From the sequence record OR753409.1: 49,578 nucleotides of DNA, one strand, 5' to 3'. The stretch is from Enterobacter phage vB_EclS_AS5. This document shows positions 46,301 through 49,578 of this stretch, in pieces (position 1 is the stretch's first letter; every line of letters starts with the position of its first letter). The notes under the pieces are model-generated. The model was given only the letters and a program-made list of their open reading frames with translations, did no database searches and was not told the origin of the DNA. Both the position numbers and the translations under genes were made by a program.

Positions 46301-47302
46301 GAGGCAAGGACTCAAGCGGTTAGCTCTCTTGACTCCAAGTTTACAGGGCAGATCAATGGCGTTAAGCAGGATTTATCATCAAACGTCACGAGGCTGGATC
46401 AGTCTATCGCGAACGAGACTCAAGCGAGAGCCAGTGCTGACACTGCGTTGTCAACTCGTGTTGGTAAAACGGAATCGGCAATTACTCAGAAGCTTGACTC
46501 TTGGGTAGACAACGGATCTATAGGTGCTCAGTACGTTCTCAAGCTTGGGATTAAGCGTGCTGGTGTTGAGTACACGGCTGGAGTTTCGCTATCGCTAATC
46601 CAATCAGGCAGTGAGATCAAGTCTCAATTCCTGGTTGATGCGGCTCGTTTCGGTGTTATGGTCAAGCAGGGAGGCAGCTACATTCTCCCGTTCGTGGTTG
46701 AAGGAACGCAAGTTATCATGAATAGCGCTCTAATCAAGAACGGCATGATTACTAATGCCATGATTGGTAATGAGATCAAATCTGATAACTTTGTTTCCGG
46801 CTCCGCTGGCTGGCGAATCCTCAAGAGTGGCGCGGCTGAGTTCAGTAACGCGACATTCCGAGGAACGGTTTACGCGACAAACGGATCGTTCAAGGGTACA
46901 GTTGAGGCTACGAGATTTGTTGGAGACATTGCGAACATAGGTGTTGGCGCTGATGCAACCGCCAAAGGATCAGAAAACGCGACAAGGACTATCACATACA
47001 CTGATAGTGTTGGTACTTCAACTCCTAGGTCTGCTGTGCTTGAGGCGATTGTATACGCTTCTACGAGCTTCCAGACTGCGTTTCAGGTTACTTTTGTGAT
47101 TAACGGAAACAGCAGGAGTTTTAAGTTTAAACTTTCTCAGGGAGAGGATCGTTGGATTACTTTGCGGCATGCCGTTGCTGGGATCACATCTCAGAAGGTA
47201 ACTGCTAGTATAACAATGGTCGGCGCTGGCACTGTGTCAAAGTCTATCAGATCGCCAACGTTAACAATTACTCGCGGAACTGGCTCATTCACCTCCTCAT
47301 AA
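43364..47302 (+). CDS. Tail tip / host specificity protein J-like (central tail fibre).
   Basis: 1312 aa. The N-terminal J-like region includes FN3-like stretches (YEVQWRKDNGNW...). ATG at 43364 after ggagg. Confidence 0.85.
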   Translation: MISGNKGGSSKPYTPKEMEDNLISINKIKILLAVSDGEVDGEFSLKNLYLDDVPVQNADGSLNYSGVSAEFRPGTQTQDYIKGFSDTSSEVTIQRDLAQNNPYSIAVTNKSLSAIRIKILMPQGYKQEGNGDLVGVSVQYAVDMAVDGGSFKRVLTDTITGKTKSGYDRSQRIDLPAFNEQVILRVSRITPDSNTGRVVDAIRLQSYAEVVDAKFRYPLTGLVYVEFDSELFPTQLPNISIKKKWKLIKVPVNYDPDSRTYSGSWNGLFKTAWSNNPAWVLYDLITNQRYGLDQRELGIEIDKWSIYEAAQYCDQMVPDGKGGLEPRYLCDVVIQSQIEAFNLIRDICSIFRGMSFWNGESLSIVVDKPRDPSYIFSNDNVVNGDFQYTFASEKSMYTQCNVTFDDEQNMYSQDIEGVFDTEAALRFGHNPTSITAIGCTRRSEANRRGRWILKTNLRSTTVNFATGLEGMIPTIGDVIAIADNFWSSNLTLNLSGRVMEVSGLQVFLPFRVDARPGDFILINKPDGKPVKRTISRVSADGKTIELNVGFGFDVKPDTVFAIDRTDLALQQYVVTGITRGDDTEQFTYSITAVEYDPNKYDEIDYGVNIDDRPTSIVNPGVMKAPENVKISSYSRIVQGQSVETMVVSWGKVEYASLYEVQWRKDNGNWLNVPQTANKEVEVEGIYSGNYFVRVRSVSASGSTSPWSGVVSAALTGKVGEPKMPINLTASDNEIFGIRVKWGMPEGAGDTAYIELQQAPDVDSHPSEENATLLTLVPYPQMEYWHATLNPGYINWYRVRSVDKIGNVSAWTEFVRGMSSTNVDDILGDILDDILYSEGFEEFKENAVDTANKVKDQAQSVIQNALAIDTNLRWNRVENGKRKAEHGQALELIANETEARIEAVDILRTEFDEGISSNITEVKKLISNEAETRASQVQQLDATFTKKVSDVNGRVDDVSQEIVKTNANVSSAQQAIANETEARTQAVSSLDSKFTGQINGVKQDLSSNVTRLDQSIANETQARASADTALSTRVGKTESAITQKLDSWVDNGSIGAQYVLKLGIKRAGVEYTAGVSLSLIQSGSEIKSQFLVDAARFGVMVKQGGSYILPFVVEGTQVIMNSALIKNGMITNAMIGNEIKSDNFVSGSAGWRILKSGAAEFSNATFRGTVYATNGSFKGTVEATRFVGDIANIGVGADATAKGSENATRTITYTDSVGTSTPRSAVLEAIVYASTSFQTAFQVTFVINGNSRSFKFKLSQGEDRWITLRHAVAGITSQKVTASITMVGAGTVSKSIRSPTLTITRGTGSFTSS

Positions 47303-47332
47303 CAAAAAGGCTCCCGATTGGGAGCCTTTTCT
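47302..47332. terminator. Bidirectional rho-independent terminator between J and the convergent lipoprotein gene.
   Basis: AGGCTCCC-gatt-GGGAGCCT with T tracts on both strands. Confidence 0.7.
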
Positions 47333-47569
47333 TTAGTCTTTCAAGCAGTTATTGCCAGGTCGCTGATACTTGACATCCAATTCAGAGCACCACTGCCCCG
47401 TCATTGGTAGCTTTTCGGTATCTTCAATTAAGTGACCGTCTCCATCACGCTTAACCTCTTTCGGGATTACTCCGCTGTTAGGTTTTCCGGTGTCAACGCC
47501 GCTACCACACCCGACAACAGCCATTGACATAAAGGTAGCCAGAGCGATTGCAAAAAGTTTCATTTTCAT
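47333..47569 (-). CDS. Small lipoprotein of 78 aa, a candidate Cor-like superinfection-exclusion protein.
   Basis: MKMKLFAIALATFMSMAVVGC has a lipobox. ATG at 47569 with RBS aaggagat. Its location downstream of J on the opposite strand matches cor in T1/phi80-like phages. Confidence 0.45.
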   Translation of the reverse strand: MKMKLFAIALATFMSMAVVGCGSGVDTGKPNSGVIPKEVKRDGDGHLIEDTEKLPMTGQWCSELDVKYQRPGNNCLKD

Positions 47570-47639
47570 AGCGTTATCTCCTTTGTGTATTGTGTGCGCA
47601 TAAATGATACCCCCACACGCTAAGACGTGCAACAACAAA

Positions 47640-48060
47640 CTAAAAATTTACCAGTTTGTTCTTTTTGTTTCTCGTTGTTTCCTATTGCGCCCACCGTAGG
47701 TTCGCACAACGTTTTAGAACAGAAAAAACAAAATAATCCATCTATAATATATAATAAAATCAATGGTTTAGTTTATATGTATTTGTATATTGTTATTTAT
47801 TGTTTCCAATGTTTCAGTGTTAATTGATGTACTGGATTGCTTTCGTCTGGATATCTCTATTAGCCATTTGATATGTGTATTTATATAAACCCCACCGTAA
47901 ATCCGTGAACAATGAAACAAAAAATAACGACTTTTAAAATCATGCACTTAAGCGCTGATTTTGTTATCTAGGCAGAAAGATGTGTTTTGAAAACAGAAAA
48001 AACAAAGATGGTATTGACTAAACGCCACAAATGGCTACAATGCACGTATAACAACACACA
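47640..48060. repeat. AT-rich non-coding region carrying two copies of a composite direct repeat (CCCACCGTA ... ACAGAAAAAACAAA).
   Basis: Copy 1 at about 47689-47740 and copy 2 at about 47887-48005. Also contains long A/T tracts and (TA)n. Confidence 0.45.
48014..48042 (+). promoter_or_regulatory. Sigma70-type promoter TTGACT-N16-TACAAT for the exonuclease operon.
   Basis: ggtaTTGACTaaacgccacaaatggcTACAATgc lies about 30 nt upstream of the RBS ggagcg. Confidence 0.5.
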
Positions 48061-48071
48061 GGAGCGAAAGA

Positions 48072-49130
48072 ATGAGTGATTTTAAGGTTTTCACAAGCGC
48101 AGAAATGCCGAACGAGGTTTATCACGATCCGAAAAGCTGGACGGCTGAATACACAAGCGGATCTAATCTGGCTGAGGTACATGAATCATCGCCAGCCTCA
48201 TGGCGATTCAAGGATCGCGATGAAAAATCAAAGCCACTGGTTTTCGGTACGCAGTCACACACCAACTTTGAAAGCAAGGCACTATTTGAAAGCACATATC
48301 GCAGAGCGCCAGCACCGGAAGATTACGAGGGCATAATCACAAGCCAGGCAGCTCTAGCCGCGAAACTGAAATCTTTCGGCCTGAAAGGTACAAGCGGGAA
48401 GTCATATCCAGAACTGATTAAGATGATGGTTGATTGTGGCGAAGATTTGCACGTCCAATGGCTCATTGAAATGATCGCAGAATCAGAAGCACGCGCCGCA
48501 GGTGTTGAGCTTATTAACGCGAAAGATTACGACGCTTGCGTAGCAATGCGCCAGGTTCTCGAATCCATACCGGAGCACAACGCGTGCATGAATAGCCCAA
48601 CGGCACAGCGCGAGCTTTCTATTTTTGGCGTTATCAACGGCGTAAAGGTTAAGGTTAGACTCGATCACATTGACGAGTGCGAGAATGTGGAGTACACCCT
48701 GATCACAGGATACGACGACAAATGGCAACCAATTAGCGAGGTGATCACATATCCAGAAGCAATTGTGATCACAGACTACAAAACAACAATGAGCGCAAAT
48801 CCTCGCGAATTTGAGCGCCAGGCTTTCGATAAAGGTTACTATCTAAAAATGGCATTACAGCATGACCTTTTCCGCAAAGCATACCCAAACGAAACGCGCC
48901 CCGTGGTGGTTCGACTGCTGGCGCAGGAGAAGAAAAAGCCTTACTTGCCTCTGGCGTTCAGGATGAATAGCGAACAACTTAAGATCGGGCGCATTCAGTA
49001 CATGAGTGTGATCAATCAGTTTGCAATGTGCCAGGCGCATAACATCTGGCCTTCATACGCAAACGGCGCGCCGGAGATTTCACTAACAACCCCTGATTGG
49101 GTGCGTCGCCAGTACAAAGAATTTCTGTAA
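48072..49130 (+). CDS. RecB-family PD-(D/E)XK exonuclease, the likely recombination partner of Erf and SSB.
   Basis: Nuclease motifs HIDECENVEY and VITDYKTT (motif III DYK). Confidence 0.55.
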   Translation: MSDFKVFTSAEMPNEVYHDPKSWTAEYTSGSNLAEVHESSPASWRFKDRDEKSKPLVFGTQSHTNFESKALFESTYRRAPAPEDYEGIITSQAALAAKLKSFGLKGTSGKSYPELIKMMVDCGEDLHVQWLIEMIAESEARAAGVELINAKDYDACVAMRQVLESIPEHNACMNSPTAQRELSIFGVINGVKVKVRLDHIDECENVEYTLITGYDDKWQPISEVITYPEAIVITDYKTTMSANPREFERQAFDKGYYLKMALQHDLFRKAYPNETRPVVVRLLAQEKKKPYLPLAFRMNSEQLKIGRIQYMSVINQFAMCQAHNIWPSYANGAPEISLTTPDWVRRQYKEFL

Positions 49131-49137
49131 ACAGCAC

Positions 49138-49181
49138 AAATAGCTAAACAGGTGAAAATGGAGGTGTTATAATGCCTCCAT
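49138..49181 (+). promoter_or_regulatory. Degenerate regulatory cassette (aaatagctaaa) with TATAAT in the loop of the inverted repeat ATGGAGG/CCTCCAT.
   Basis: IR arms at 49158-49164 and 49175-49181 flank the -10 at 49168-49173. The ATG at 49172 lies within this structure. Confidence 0.4.
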
Positions 49182-49207
49182 CAAATCAACAAAGAGAGGA
49201 TATCAAA

Positions 49208-49501
49208 ATGGAAAACATCACCAATGAAGAAATGATTAGCGCCGCATGTGAAGCTCATATGCGTATGTTTGTTAACCGCATCACATTCGCGATGAAGGAT
49301 TTTGTTAAACCGCTCAATCCAGCAGACGGCGAAGAAGAAATTAAATACATCCGTGACGTTATGGAGGCGGTTGATAATGTTGTAGCCACTGCGCTGATGG
49401 TCAAAGATAATCCAGATGCGATCAAGATGATGAAGGAATCCACCGACAGGCTGATCAATCAGCTTATCGAGATCCACAACGGCGGCGAAGTAAAACACTA
49501 A
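49208..49501 (+). CDS. Hypothetical protein of 97 aa.
   Basis: ATG at 49208 (MENITNEEM...). The upstream in-frame ATG at 49172 lies inside the promoter hairpin. Confidence 0.5.
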   Translation: MENITNEEMISAACEAHMRMFVNRITFAMKDFVKPLNPADGEEEIKYIRDVMEAVDNVVATALMVKDNPDAIKMMKESTDRLINQLIEIHNGGEVKH

Positions 49502-49540
49502 TAAATTACGGCGGCGAAAGCCGCCTTTAAGGAGAAAGTA

Positions 49541-49578
49541 ATGAAGTTATCAGAAAATTTCGACGAGATTTTGCCATC
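49541..49578 (+). CDS. erf: Erf N-terminus, truncated at the 3' window end. It continues in frame at position 1.
   Basis: A hairpin GGCGGC..GCCGCC and RBS aaggag precede the ATG. MKLSENFDEILP parallels the P22 Erf N-terminus, and the remainder (tc) joins g at nt 1 in frame. Confidence 0.6.
   Translation, partial: MKLSENFDEILP

Noticed and set aside
47640-48070. A possible tRNA or small RNA gene in the AT-rich region.
   Set aside because: No cloverleaf-compatible arrangement was found: no acceptor or T-arm pairing and no GTTC-like T-loop in the right context. This was inspected by eye only, so a covariance-model search would be needed to exclude it.
49172-49501. Longer ORF starting at the ATG at 49172 (MPPSNQQ...).
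   Set aside because: That ATG is the aATGc inside the TATAAT loop of the promoter hairpin. The ATG at 49208 follows the transcribed leader and is the more plausible start.

Overview
This window reads as one complete genome of a T1-like (Drexlerviridae-type) siphovirus, about 49.6 kb. The erf reading frame that starts at 49541 runs off the 3' end and continues in phase at position 1, so the window appears to be a circular or circularly permuted genome opened inside erf.

Gene content and order:
- 1-4.9 kb: recombination and replication genes (Erf, SSB), then on the minus strand a repeat-disrupted tail fibre, a Zn-ribbon/TOPRIM primase and a Cro-like HTH protein.
- 4.9-10.7 kb: SF2 helicase, VRR-NUC nuclease, lipoprotein, Dam-type N6-adenine methyltransferase, and an HTH-metallophosphoesterase fusion.
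- 10.8-11.9 kb: lysis cassette of holin, GH24 endolysin and a T1 gp11-type unimolecular spanin.
- 11.9-17.0 kb: a leftward early/accessory operon on the minus strand, including a DUF3987-like P-loop helicase and a small Dcm-like C5-methyltransferase.
- 17.0-17.66 kb: an AT-rich divergent control region containing GATTTGATTG-type iterons.
- 17.66-26.7 kb: about 40 small rightward early genes, among them a HAD phosphatase and a dNMP-kinase-like P-loop kinase.
- 26.7-47.3 kb: a lambda-like late module. It runs terS, terL, portal, minor head, scaffold, two paralogous head proteins, major capsid, connectors, major tail, G/GT chaperone with a -1 frameshift, tape measure, M, L, K, I and J.
- 47.3-49.5 kb: a convergent Cor-like lipoprotein, a 430-bp AT-rich repeat region, and a RecB-type PD-(D/E)XK exonuclease.

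Most notable observations:
- About 17 copies of a mobile intergenic regulatory cassette occur on both strands. The core is AATAGCAC-N5-TGCTAAAA, followed by a fixed 22-bp spacer and then TATAGT or CATAAT. The upstream gene's TAG stop is often embedded in the core.
- The -10 element of these cassettes sits in the loop of inverted repeats whose sequence differs between copies while the position is conserved. There is no recognizable -35; instead the palindrome TAGCA-N5-TGCTA is centred near -42.
- A perfect 77-bp tandem duplication frameshifts the tail-fibre gene.
- The 9-mer CTGATTGGT is over-represented with a strand bias.
- End-healing-like enzymes (HAD phosphatase and P-loop kinase) are encoded as separate early genes.
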